Of a stretch of DNA of 64,000 nucleotides, positions 48,446 through 56,130 are shown one piece after another. The stretch's first letter is position 1. Each line of letters starts with the position of its first letter. Both the position numbers and the translations under genes were made by a program. The DNA is from an uncultured Muribaculaceae bacterium (GTDB taxonomy: Bacteria; Bacillota_I; Bacilli_A; RF39; UBA660): positions 388 to 64,387 of the forward strand of contig CAZBOZ010000004.1 in assembly GCA_964493665.1 (NCBI GenBank). Reading direction: 5' to 3'. A model generated the notes under the pieces. It worked only from the letters and a program-made list of their open reading frames with translations, was not told the origin of the DNA and did no database searches.

Positions 48446-48682
48446 ATGGAAAAGAAAGCAAAAGAGGCTAAAGTAAAAAATATTATAAAAGAAAAATGTG
48501 ATTGTAGTAAATTTCATCATTCTAAATGTAATGCTGGAGTATATGGGTTGGGTCTAATAGGATCAGCAATATTTTTTATTAGTCAAGCTGAAACTTTTTG
48601 GCAAGGCGTACTAGGGTTTTTAAAAGCTATTATATGGCCAGCATTTATGACATATGAACTATTTAAATTTTTAATTAATTAA
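48446..48682 (+). CDS. Small membrane protein with N-terminal Cys/His cluster
   Basis: Strong RBS AGGAGGA 6 nt upstream of the ATG. KCDCSKFHHSKCN cluster followed by a hydrophobic tail GVYGLGLIGSAIFFISQAETFWQGVLGFLKAIIWPAFMTYELF. Confidence 0.5.
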   Translation: MEKKAKEAKVKNIIKEKCDCSKFHHSKCNAGVYGLGLIGSAIFFISQAETFWQGVLGFLKAIIWPAFMTYELFKFLIN

Positions 48683-48713
48683 AAAAACAAGAAATAATTT
48701 CTTGTTTTTTTTT
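48681..48713. terminator. Bidirectional terminator between small CxC protein gene and DUF2202 gene
   Basis: A7-ACAAGAAAT-a-ATTTCTTGT-T9. Confidence 0.6.
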
Positions 48714-49284
48714 AAGATAATTTTTCCACTTGTCTTTGAAAAGCATTTAAATGCTTTTCAGAACCATCTTTTAATATAATAAAAACATTCTCTATACTAT
48801 CTGGCAAATCATAAGTTAAAAACTTTTCATACATTGCTATGTTATCTATTTCTGCTTGTACACCAGTTGTAGCAGCTGCTAAAAGAGTTTCTGGTATAAC
48901 AATATGAGAATCTGATTCATCTTCCAAAAATTCCATATCATAAGATTCATATATTTCTTTTAATAAAGACAAATGTGTTTCTTCAGATAATACTATATTA
49001 CTATACGGCTTTTGGTCACCAAATTTATTAATAATTGCTTCATATTCACCATGTGCCAAATATTCATCTTGAACGGCATAAGTTAACATATCAACTATTG
49101 ATAAATTTTCATCAGCTAATGCTCCGGTAGCTCCATACCCTTCTAAAGAACTTATTTTAGCCGTTTCTGTTAATGGATCTGGATCCATTTCTACATTATA
49201 ATGAACTGCTTTTGTAATTGTATCATCAGCTTTTATATAATAAAAATATATAAACCCCAATGCCGCCAATAAAAATACTGCCAA
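48712..49284 (-). CDS. DUF2202/ferritin-like domain protein (N-terminus probably frameshifted; RBS-preceded start at 49319 in another frame)
   Basis: Ferritin-like pairs DEYLAHGEYEAI and QAEIDNIAMYEKFL...EKHLNAFQR. The track start is a TTG without an SD. 35 nt upstream, GGAAGGAG-N9-GTG opens MKKKVIYIFI*, which runs through an A6 tract. One extra A would fuse it in frame. Confidence 0.55.
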   Translation of the reverse strand: MAVFLLAALGFIYFYYIKADDTITKAVHYNVEMDPDPLTETAKISSLEGYGATGALADENLSIVDMLTYAVQDEYLAHGEYEAIINKFGDQKPYSNIVLSEETHLSLLKEIYESYDMEFLEDESDSHIVIPETLLAAATTGVQAEIDNIAMYEKFLTYDLPDSIENVFIILKDGSEKHLNAFQRQVEKLS

Positions 49285-49324
49285 AATTATATAAATATAT
49301 AAATTACTTTTTTCTTCACAAAAT

Positions 49325-49702
49325 TTAACTCCTTCCCTTTTTAAACCAATTTATTAAAAATAATATCCCAACTATAAAAGCCACTCCACTAATTAAGGAC
49401 CCATTAATTAAAATATCTAGCCAGGTCATACCTTTAAAAACAAATATTAATGTTGCAATATAAAATAATCCTGCTAAATTAAAAACTATTCCACCAACTA
49501 TTTCATGTTTCCAAGAAATTATTAAAACTATCAATAATATAATCGCTGGAATATTATGTATAAATAATCCCAACAATATTTCCCATATGATTGCATCTTC
49601 AGTTATAACATCAAATGACATAAATGCCAAAAAAGCAATTAAAAGTATAGATAAAATTCTAGGAATCCAATATATAAATTTATTAATTTTTTTATTCTTC
49701 AT
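49325..49702 (-). CDS. Small polytopic membrane protein, unknown function
   Basis: 125 aa, four predicted TM helices. RBS AGGAGGA 6 nt upstream of the ATG. Confidence 0.45.
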   Translation of the reverse strand: MKNKKINKFIYWIPRILSILLIAFLAFMSFDVITEDAIIWEILLGLFIHNIPAIILLIVLIISWKHEIVGGIVFNLAGLFYIATLIFVFKGMTWLDILINGSLISGVAFIVGILFLINWFKKGRS

Positions 49703-49826
49703 TTTTATCCTCCTAATATTTTAATTATATATTATTTTAACTAAAAATAAAGCTACAGATTCATCCATAATTTTATTCATAAATAGTCCGATAACAATAT
49801 AAATTACCAAACATTTATTTTTCTTT

Positions 49827-50546
49827 TTATTTATTTGTATTTTGTTTACTAATTAGGTAATTCCCATTAATGTATGATGGTAACAATTCTGCATCACCAC
49901 TATTTTTTCTCATATAAACCTCATAAAACGTATAGAATCCTTCATAATCAGGATTGTTTTCATACATTACAAAATTAATATCGCCACATGGTGGCAATAA
50001 ACATCCCATAGTTTCAATCTCTCTGTCTTTTGTCTCTGGGCATAAATTTGTCATTTGAACATATGAAATAAGATCGCCAAATGAAAAATTATCACTTACT
50101 GGAGAAATCCCATGAGAATGTCCATGACAAATAATAGGTTTGTTCCCACCCAACTGATTATTTTTATACATATTAATAAAATTTGTTAAAGCTTTATTGA
50201 TATTCTCTCCAAACCCTGCACTTGTTCTACTATCTGCTTTAAATTCAGATAAAATTGTATCCAACCAAACAGTCCCATTGGGCTTTTCCTCCCCAATAAG
50301 TAAAAAAGAAATTTCGTTGTTTGTTTCTTTAGTTATTTGTTGAATTCTTTGTAAATCTTTATATGCCTCTTCTGTAATTACAACCGTATGTTTTTTATTT
50401 ACGTTCGGCATGCATATTGGAGATATAGGAGTCATTTCGGGATCCTCATAGTTGTATTTTTCAAATAAACTGGCATAAAAGTTATTATTGTTTTTTTCTC
50501 CTAATAACATATCTACAGCCTTTAATCTAGCTTCTTCTCGAATCAT
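49827..50546 (-). CDS. Hypothetical protein with HGHSH metal-binding-like motif
   Basis: 239 aa. ICHGHSHGISPVSDNFSFGD and CLLPPCGD. RBS GAGGAG 6 nt upstream of the ATG. Co-oriented 62 nt downstream of the Cys-rich membrane protein gene. Confidence 0.45.
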   Translation of the reverse strand: MIREEARLKAVDMLLGEKNNNNFYASLFEKYNYEDPEMTPISPICMPNVNKKHTVVITEEAYKDLQRIQQITKETNNEISFLLIGEEKPNGTVWLDTILSEFKADSRTSAGFGENINKALTNFINMYKNNQLGGNKPIICHGHSHGISPVSDNFSFGDLISYVQMTNLCPETKDREIETMGCLLPPCGDINFVMYENNPDYEGFYTFYEVYMRKNSGDAELLPSYINGNYLISKQNTNK

Positions 50547-50608
50547 TCATAACTCCTCTTCTTTTATCTATTTTTACTTGCGACTTATCAAAAACAACAT
50601 TATCCTTT

Positions 50609-51958
50609 TTACTGACAAGAATATCCACCCTCATTAGAATATGTTCCTGGCCAACCCAAAGATAAAGCACAATCTTTTAATATGTATCCCTCTACAAAAC
50701 TATTACTCGTAAAAGTATAACAATATACAAAATCAGCAGTAGTAAAATTATACCCTTTATCATTAATCTCAGTTAATCCACTAGCATATAAATGAAAATC
50801 ATTACGGCACCAGCAAATACCCGTTGGGGTATAGCCACTTAATTCGGTATATACTTCGCAAGACCCTTCAATAGTTGGATTGTTGTCTTCTTCTTCTTCA
50901 TCAATTTCTTCAGTTTCGGCATTTTCATTATTCTTTTTGTTAGTATAATAATCATGATAATTATCCATTATTTTATCAATGTCACTTTGATCATTTTCAT
51001 CATCATGATTTATAATACCAATGAAATCCAATTCCTTATTTTCGTCTAAGTCTTCCTGTTCAGTTATCAATTTATCTTCAATTTCTTGATTTAATTCATA
51101 ATAACCACTAAAGTCTTCAGCACCGGTTTCCGCAAAGTAAATAGTTTCATTTGGTGTTCCTTGGCCAAAGAAAATATAATGTTTATGACCCTCACCACCA
51201 ATAATACGCATATCATCTCTTTGATAGATTTTGGTTGTTCCTTTTATAACTTGAAATGAGGCAATACCGATAATGGTGTCTGTTTCAATCTTATCATAAT
51301 ATCTATAACCATTTACCGCATAGCCACCATATAATAAATCAAAGGCTGATTTACTATCAAGAATATTAGCACTAGCACTTACTGCTTCACCACCATTTGA
51401 AGTAAGAATTGAACTGCCTATTTGAATATTAAAAGTTCTATTTTTTGATTGTTTACCAACACGAGTATAAGTAGTTCCATTTTTAACAACAATTCTTGTT
51501 TCATTTTTATAAGCATTTAATTGTAATTCTGGCACATCATAAGAGCTTAAAGTAATTAAAGACCCGTCAGGAGTAGTTATGTAAGCATTTAAATAACCAC
51601 CACTATCCCACATTGGAATTAAAGTAATTATACAGTGATTCCCAACAACTACAGGTTTGTCGGATAAATTAGCTATAATTTTTTCCTCACCACAAGTTAT
51701 TTCCATTGCTGGATTATATTGATCAGTAACATCACCATACACTTGAAAGGTTGCTTTCGATTTTTCATAAGCTTGATATAAGGTATTTAATGCTTCTTTG
51801 GAATCATTGGCTGACTTGCTTTCACTATAATAATATTCATTATTAATGAAAAATTTAAAAATAAGTAATAAAGCAGTAGTTATAAAAATAATACTTGAAG
51901 CAACAATCAAAGTAGCTTTTTTGTTTTTAAAAATAAAGTTTTTAACTTTCTTAATCAT
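50609..51958 (-). CDS. Membrane-anchored protein with acidic linker and C-terminal 8-Cys module, unknown function
   Basis: N-terminal TM LIVASSIIFITTALLLIF. Asp/Glu-rich stretch. C-terminal GSCEVY...GICWCRNDFHLY...YCYTF...KDCALSLGWPG...YSCQ. RBS AAAGGTGA. Confidence 0.45.
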   Translation of the reverse strand: MIKKVKNFIFKNKKATLIVASSIIFITTALLLIFKFFINNEYYYSESKSANDSKEALNTLYQAYEKSKATFQVYGDVTDQYNPAMEITCGEEKIIANLSDKPVVVGNHCIITLIPMWDSGGYLNAYITTPDGSLITLSSYDVPELQLNAYKNETRIVVKNGTTYTRVGKQSKNRTFNIQIGSSILTSNGGEAVSASANILDSKSAFDLLYGGYAVNGYRYYDKIETDTIIGIASFQVIKGTTKIYQRDDMRIIGGEGHKHYIFFGQGTPNETIYFAETGAEDFSGYYELNQEIEDKLITEQEDLDENKELDFIGIINHDDENDQSDIDKIMDNYHDYYTNKKNNENAETEEIDEEEEDNNPTIEGSCEVYTELSGYTPTGICWCRNDFHLYASGLTEINDKGYNFTTADFVYCYTFTSNSFVEGYILKDCALSLGWPGTYSNEGGYSCQ

Positions 51959-52060
51959 TTAAAACTCACCTTTTCTATTTAAATTATATATTATTTTTAG
52001 AAAAATTAAAACTATGAATTCCTCTATAGTTTTTATGTTTTACTCCAATAATTTGGAGTT

Positions 52061-52137
52061 ACTTTTAAAATGGTCGGGAAAACAGGATTTGAACCTGCAA
52101 CCCCTTGGTCCCAAACCAAGTGCTCTACCAAGTTGAG
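52061..52137 (-). tRNA. tRNA-Pro (anticodon UGG)
   Basis: Minus strand CGGGAAATGGCTCAACTTGGTAGAGCACTTGGTTTGGGACCAAGGGGTTGCAGGTTCAAATCCTGTTTTCCCGACCA. Loop TTTGGGA. CCA encoded. Confidence 0.85.
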
Positions 52138-52151
52138 CCATTTCCCGACAT

Positions 52152-52228
52152 TAAATTAAATTGGTACGCCCAAAGGGAGTCGAACCCCCAACCTTTAGGT
52201 CCGTAGCCTAACGCTCTATCCAATTGAG
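52152..52228 (-). tRNA. tRNA-Arg (anticodon ACG)
   Basis: Minus strand GCGCCCATAGCTCAATTGGATAGAGCGTTAGGCTACGGACCTAAAGGTTGGGGGTTCGACTCCCTTTGGGCGTACCA. Loop CTACGGA. Confidence 0.85.
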
Positions 52229-52246
52229 CTATGGGCGCATTTCAAT

Positions 52247-52275
52247 TCGCATTAACATTATATATTTATTTTTAA
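52247..52275 (-). promoter_or_regulatory. Sigma-A promoter of tRNA-Arg/tRNA-Pro operon
   Basis: Minus strand TTGATT, 17-nt spacer, TATAAT. About 18 nt upstream of tRNA-Arg 5' end. Confidence 0.55.
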
Positions 52276-52297
52276 ATAAAATCAACCATTTTATGCG

Positions 52298-52320
52298 TAA
52301 TTCAAATAAAAAACTCGGTA
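52298..52320 (-). terminator. Terminator after thioredoxin-like gene
   Basis: Minus strand AACTCGG-gaata-CCGAGTT followed by TTTTTT. Confidence 0.55.
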
Positions 52321-52340
52321 TTCCCGAGTTATTATTTTGA

Positions 52341-52892
52341 TTATTTTATGCCGTTTGATTCTAACCAAGAAGCAAATGTATCATAATCTGAGTAACCTAC
52401 CCAAATATCAACTATTTTGCCATCTTTAGCAACTAGAATCATTGGAGTATAGCCATATAAATATTCATATGCATTATCACCAGTATAATTATTTTTTGTA
52501 TTGAATGTATCAGTCATATTATTGATCATTGTTGTCATTGCAGTATAGTCATCACTTGATGTATCGACAGCAGTTATATCAACATAATTAGTTGTATAGC
52601 CATATTCTTCTTGAGCAGCCTTAATAGTTGGCAAGAATTGAACACAATAGCCACAGGTTGCTCTTCCTAAATAAATAACTTGTAAATCAGATTCTTTTAC
52701 TGTTTCTAAGAACTCTGTTTCATCAATAGCATTAAATGAACTAACATCATACTCTGATGTGGTCTCCTCTTCTTCATTTGTATTGCTTGATTTACTTGAT
52801 CCATCAAATAATACAAAACAAGTATTAACAACTAATAATGCTAATATTGCATATAATAATATAAATAATCTCTTTTTCTCTTTCTTTTCCAT
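52341..52892 (-). CDS. Membrane-anchored thioredoxin-like protein (CxxC)
   Basis: N-terminal TM, then GRATCGYCVQFLP thioredoxin-fold CxxC motif. 183 aa. Confidence 0.6.
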   Translation of the reverse strand: MEKKEKKRLFILLYAILALLVVNTCFVLFDGSSKSSNTNEEEETTSEYDVSSFNAIDETEFLETVKESDLQVIYLGRATCGYCVQFLPTIKAAQEEYGYTTNYVDITAVDTSSDDYTAMTTMINNMTDTFNTKNNYTGDNAYEYLYGYTPMILVAKDGKIVDIWVGYSDYDTFASWLESNGIK

Positions 52893-52929
52893 TTTTTACC
52901 TACTTCCTATAAAAAAATTATAACATACC

Positions 52930-52979
52930 TAATTAATATTTCAACACATAAAAGTGAAAAGTATGTGAAATATTAATTA
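52930..52979. repeat. Long imperfect inverted repeat between GDPD and thioredoxin-like genes
   Basis: TAATTAATATTTCAACACATA-aaagtgaaaag-TATGTGAAATATTAATTA. The right arm overlaps the GDPD stop. On the minus strand it is followed by an extended -10 TGTTATAAT and T7. Confidence 0.5.
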
Positions 52980-53863
52980 TCTAATTTATCTTTTTTTAAA
53001 TATTCTTTAATTATTAAAGGGATATTACTTATAAAGTAAATGTTTTTTGGTAATTTATGATACTTTTTATAATATCTTTTTAATATAAATAAAGTTAATT
53101 TATAATGAACTATGCTATCAATCGTCCATATATATAAATCTTTTTTATCATCTACTATTAATTTTAGATTATTGCCAATTAGCATTTCCCACATAATTGA
53201 ATAAAAATCATAATTATTGTTTGCTACATATTCCTTATTGAATTTTACAGTAAGATGGTTTAGTCCATTATATAAAAATCCAGCTTTAATTCCAGTTTTT
53301 TTTCTTATATCAATAATTTTATCATAAAAGTATCCATGAACCAGAATATCTAATTTATCTTTGTATTTATTAATTAATTTTATAACCTCTTTTTTACAAT
53401 CGTCAGTATCATCTTTTAACTCTAATATAATTTTGCCTTGATAATTATCTTTTACTAAGTGTTCAAACATATCATAAGCTTTTGGTATTATAGTATCTCT
53501 TTTTAATTTATCTCTTAATACTTTTCTAATTTTTTTAGAATCCGGAAATAAAAAAGATCTTAATATCATTCCTTTATAATATAACAAAACATCTTTAACT
53601 ATTATTTTTTCTAATTCTTCATAATTTAGATCTGATATTTTATAATCTTTTTTGTCTTTAGTAATAGTTTTAGTTGATTCATCATGTACTACTACCAATA
53701 CTTTGTCTTTGGTCAATCTTAAATCGCATTCAAACCCTGATATTATATTTTTATCTTGAGTTGTTAAAGTTTTTAAAGCTTCATAACTATTATCTACTTG
53801 ATTATTTAAACTATTGTTTACATCCCCTAAGTTCATATGGTGAGATATTAAATTTATTTTCAT
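52973..53863 (-). CDS. Glycerophosphodiester phosphodiesterase family protein
   Basis: GFECDLRLTKDKVLVVVHDEST matches the GDPD core (E-x-D...T-x-D-G-x-x-V-x-H-D). 296 aa. Confidence 0.6.
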   Translation of the reverse strand: MKINLISHHMNLGDVNNSLNNQVDNSYEALKTLTTQDKNIISGFECDLRLTKDKVLVVVHDESTKTITKDKKDYKISDLNYEELEKIIVKDVLLYYKGMILRSFLFPDSKKIRKVLRDKLKRDTIIPKAYDMFEHLVKDNYQGKIILELKDDTDDCKKEVIKLINKYKDKLDILVHGYFYDKIIDIRKKTGIKAGFLYNGLNHLTVKFNKEYVANNNYDFYSIMWEMLIGNNLKLIVDDKKDLYIWTIDSIVHYKLTLFILKRYYKKYHKLPKNIYFISNIPLIIKEYLKKDKLDN

Positions 53864-53890
53864 AAAAACACCTCAACTTTATTTTACCAC

Positions 53891-53917
53891 AAAAAAAGAT
53901 TAATAAAAATTAATCTT
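53891..53917 (-). terminator. Terminator after tRNA-Thr
   Basis: Minus strand AAGATTAAT-tttt-ATTAATCTT followed by TTTTTTT. Confidence 0.55.
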
Positions 53918-53938
53918 GATTTTTTAAATGGTGCCGCT

Positions 53939-54012
53939 TGACTGAATTGAACAGTCCTTTGATGCTTACCATGCATCTGTTTTACCACTAAACTAAAGCG
54001 GCGATTTCGTTA
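53939..54012 (-). tRNA. tRNA-Thr (anticodon GGU)
   Basis: Minus strand GCCGCTTTAGTTTAGTGGTAAAACAGATGCATGGTAAGCATCAAAGGACTGTTCAATTCAGTCAAGCGGCACCA. Acceptor GCCGCTT/AAGCGGC. Loop ATGGTAA. Confidence 0.8.
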
Positions 54013-54024
54013 ACATTATATCAT

Positions 54025-54052
54025 AGGGATTTAAAAATTCAATAATATTATG
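54025..54052 (-). promoter_or_regulatory. Sigma-A promoter of tRNA-Thr
   Basis: Minus strand TTGAAT, 16-nt spacer, TATAAT. 11 nt upstream of the tRNA 5' end. Confidence 0.5.
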
Positions 54053-54084
54053 TTATAATAACACTATAATAGTGAGGTGTTTTT

Positions 54085-55038
54085 ATGGGAACTCTAAAAT
54101 TAAAAAAAGAGGTCAAAAAATATTTAATATTTATAGTAATAGGATTAATTGCTTTAATTGGTATTATCCTTTTAATAAAATCTTTTGTCTATCATCGATC
54201 AACTACTTATAAATTCTTAGAACTAGGATATAATGAGTCTGAAATAAACTTAATAGAAAAGAATTTAACAAGTACTGAAATTGATAACTTATTAGATAAA
54301 GAATATGATGCTAATATTTATAAGTTAATGAATGAAAAATATTATTTAAATAAAAATCTTAATGATTATTTAGATTATCTTTCTAAGAATGCTAATGCTG
54401 CTTTAAATGATATAGTAGCTATAGTAAATGTTGGAGCAGATAAAGAATGGTATGATGAAGATACTACTGTTTTAACTAATACATCAAAAAATGAATTAAT
54501 GTTAATAAACAAGTTTCACAAATTAGATATGACAGTTAAATTTGATGATTTAAAAGCAATTCCTCTTACCTATGCTTATAGCAAAAATGTGTTAAGAGAA
54601 ATTGCTTTAGAAAAATTTATTGAAATGTATAATGCTGCTAAAAGCGAAGGATTATCTCTAATTATTGCTGGTTCTTATAGAACTTATGAGGAGCAACAAA
54701 CCTTATATGATGCTAATGCTAATTATGGTGGTGTTGACTATGCTGATCAAACATCTGCCAGATATGGACATTCCGATCATCAAAGCGGTTTAGCAATTGA
54801 TATAGCAAAATATGGTACTTTATTAATTAATTTTGAAACAACTAATGAATTTACTTGGTTACAAGAAAATGCTTATAAATATGGCTTTATATTAAGATAT
54901 CCCAAAGATAAAGAATATTTAACTGGATTTACTTATGAACCATGGCATTATAGATATGTAGGAATTGATGCTGCTACTGCTATATATAATGAAGATATTA
55001 CTTTTGATGAATATTATGCTTATTATGTTGAAAAATAA
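54085..55038 (+). CDS. VanY-like D-alanyl-D-alanine carboxypeptidase (peptidase M15B), membrane-anchored
   Basis: N-terminal TM. SYRTYEEQ, SDHQSGLAIDI and EPWHYRYVG zinc-binding motifs of M15B. RBS GAGGTG. Confidence 0.7.
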   Translation: MGTLKLKKEVKKYLIFIVIGLIALIGIILLIKSFVYHRSTTYKFLELGYNESEINLIEKNLTSTEIDNLLDKEYDANIYKLMNEKYYLNKNLNDYLDYLSKNANAALNDIVAIVNVGADKEWYDEDTTVLTNTSKNELMLINKFHKLDMTVKFDDLKAIPLTYAYSKNVLREIALEKFIEMYNAAKSEGLSLIIAGSYRTYEEQQTLYDANANYGGVDYADQTSARYGHSDHQSGLAIDIAKYGTLLINFETTNEFTWLQENAYKYGFILRYPKDKEYLTGFTYEPWHYRYVGIDAATAIYNEDITFDEYYAYYVEK

Positions 55039-55055
55039 AAAGAGGCAAATAAAAA

Positions 55056-55892
55056 TTAATCTCTTTTTTTGTTTTCTCCTATTAATTTAATCTGTTCTTT
55101 CTCTATAGCTTTCAATGATTTGTCAGGTGTTGGCAATTTTTCTGGCAATGTGTTGCCAGCATCTTTTATAACTTTTCTAACTGCCCTGCCTATTTTATTA
55201 TGCAATTTATTGGCTTCTTTTGAAGATTTTATTTTTTGTTTTTTCAAAGCGCCATCAGTTTGAGAGATTCTAAACAAATTGGCAATTAATTCTTCACTCC
55301 CCATATTATCTAAAATATCTTCTCTGTATCTTAGCTTTTTTCTTTTAAATATTTGATCCGCAGTTTCTCCATAAAGGCCTTTATATCCAGAATTATGAAA
55401 TTTTGCCAAATCTCCAACTCCAGCTTCTATTGCCGTTTTATTTAAAGTCCAGTTGCCATTTTTTGTTTGATTCCTAATATAAAATCGTTTGTCTGTTTCA
55501 TCTAACAAACTATATTCCTCATTTGATAACTCTTGTTTTCTTGTTTGAATAGCAAAATAAGTCTTACCTAGTGCCACTACCTTTTTTGATGCATCGGCAT
55601 TTAGCATAATCAAATAACATCCATATCTTGACAGTTTATAATCCCTAATCTTTTTTAAAGCACTTTTGGGCATTTTTATCGTTTTGCTGGTATCAGCAAA
55701 ATGATCCAATATATTAATATTGCTATTAATACAATTCTCTTTGGCTTTATCTACAACCTGGTCAAAATTTCTCCATTGAGTATATTGTAAAGCCAACTGT
55801 AACTCTCTAGCCAACCAATATTCATTACCATTTTCATCTAAATGTTTTATTTGTTCAAAAGTGTTGTTTTTAAATTTTTTTATTTTTTCCAT
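55056..55892 (-). CDS. dinD: DNA-damage-inducible protein D (DinD)-like
   Basis: YWLARELQLALQYTQWRNF and KTYFAIQTR resemble E. coli DinD (WSARDL...YRDWRNF...QTYFAIQTR). 278 aa. Confidence 0.55.
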   Translation of the reverse strand: MEKIKKFKNNTFEQIKHLDENGNEYWLARELQLALQYTQWRNFDQVVDKAKENCINSNINILDHFADTSKTIKMPKSALKKIRDYKLSRYGCYLIMLNADASKKVVALGKTYFAIQTRKQELSNEEYSLLDETDKRFYIRNQTKNGNWTLNKTAIEAGVGDLAKFHNSGYKGLYGETADQIFKRKKLRYREDILDNMGSEELIANLFRISQTDGALKKQKIKSSKEANKLHNKIGRAVRKVIKDAGNTLPEKLPTPDKSLKAIEKEQIKLIGENKKRD

Positions 55893-55940
55893 AAGCCCAC
55901 CTTAAACAAAGTATATCATTTTATTTTTATAAATTCCATT

Positions 55941-55970
55941 AAAAAACTCATAATCATTTTAATTATGAGT
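55941..55970 (-). terminator. Terminator after tRNA-Arg(CCU)
   Basis: Minus strand ACTCATAAT-taaaatg-ATTATGAGT followed by TTTTTT. Confidence 0.55.
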
Positions 55971-55983
55971 AATAATACTTTAA

Positions 55984-56060
55984 TGGCGTCCTCGATTGGA
56001 GTCGAACCAACGGCCTATCCCTTAGGAGGGGATCGCTCTATCCTACTGAGCTACGAGGAC
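55984..56060 (-). tRNA. tRNA-Arg (anticodon CCU)
   Basis: Minus strand GTCCTCGTAGCTCAGTAGGATAGAGCGATCCCCTCCTAAGGGATAGGCCGTTGGTTCGACTCCAATCGAGGACGCCA. Loop CTCCTAA. Confidence 0.8.
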
Positions 56061-56130
56061 ACAGATAGATTATACAACAAAAATGCTTTACTTTAAACTT
56101 TTTATGTTAAAATTATTGTAGGTGATATAT

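Noticed and set aside
48371-48520. 50-aa Phe/Ile-rich N-terminal extension of the HAD nucleotidase ORF
   Set aside because: Read-through of the upstream AT-rich intergenic region. The conserved DxDxT motif begins right at the ATG at 48370, which has a good RBS.
49827-50546. Tentative JAB/MPN metalloprotease assignment for the HGHSH protein
   Set aside because: The spacing between HxH and the following S-x2-D does not fit the JAMM consensus (H-x-H-x7-S-x2-D), and no conserved upstream Glu could be placed. It is left as an unknown metal-binding-like motif.
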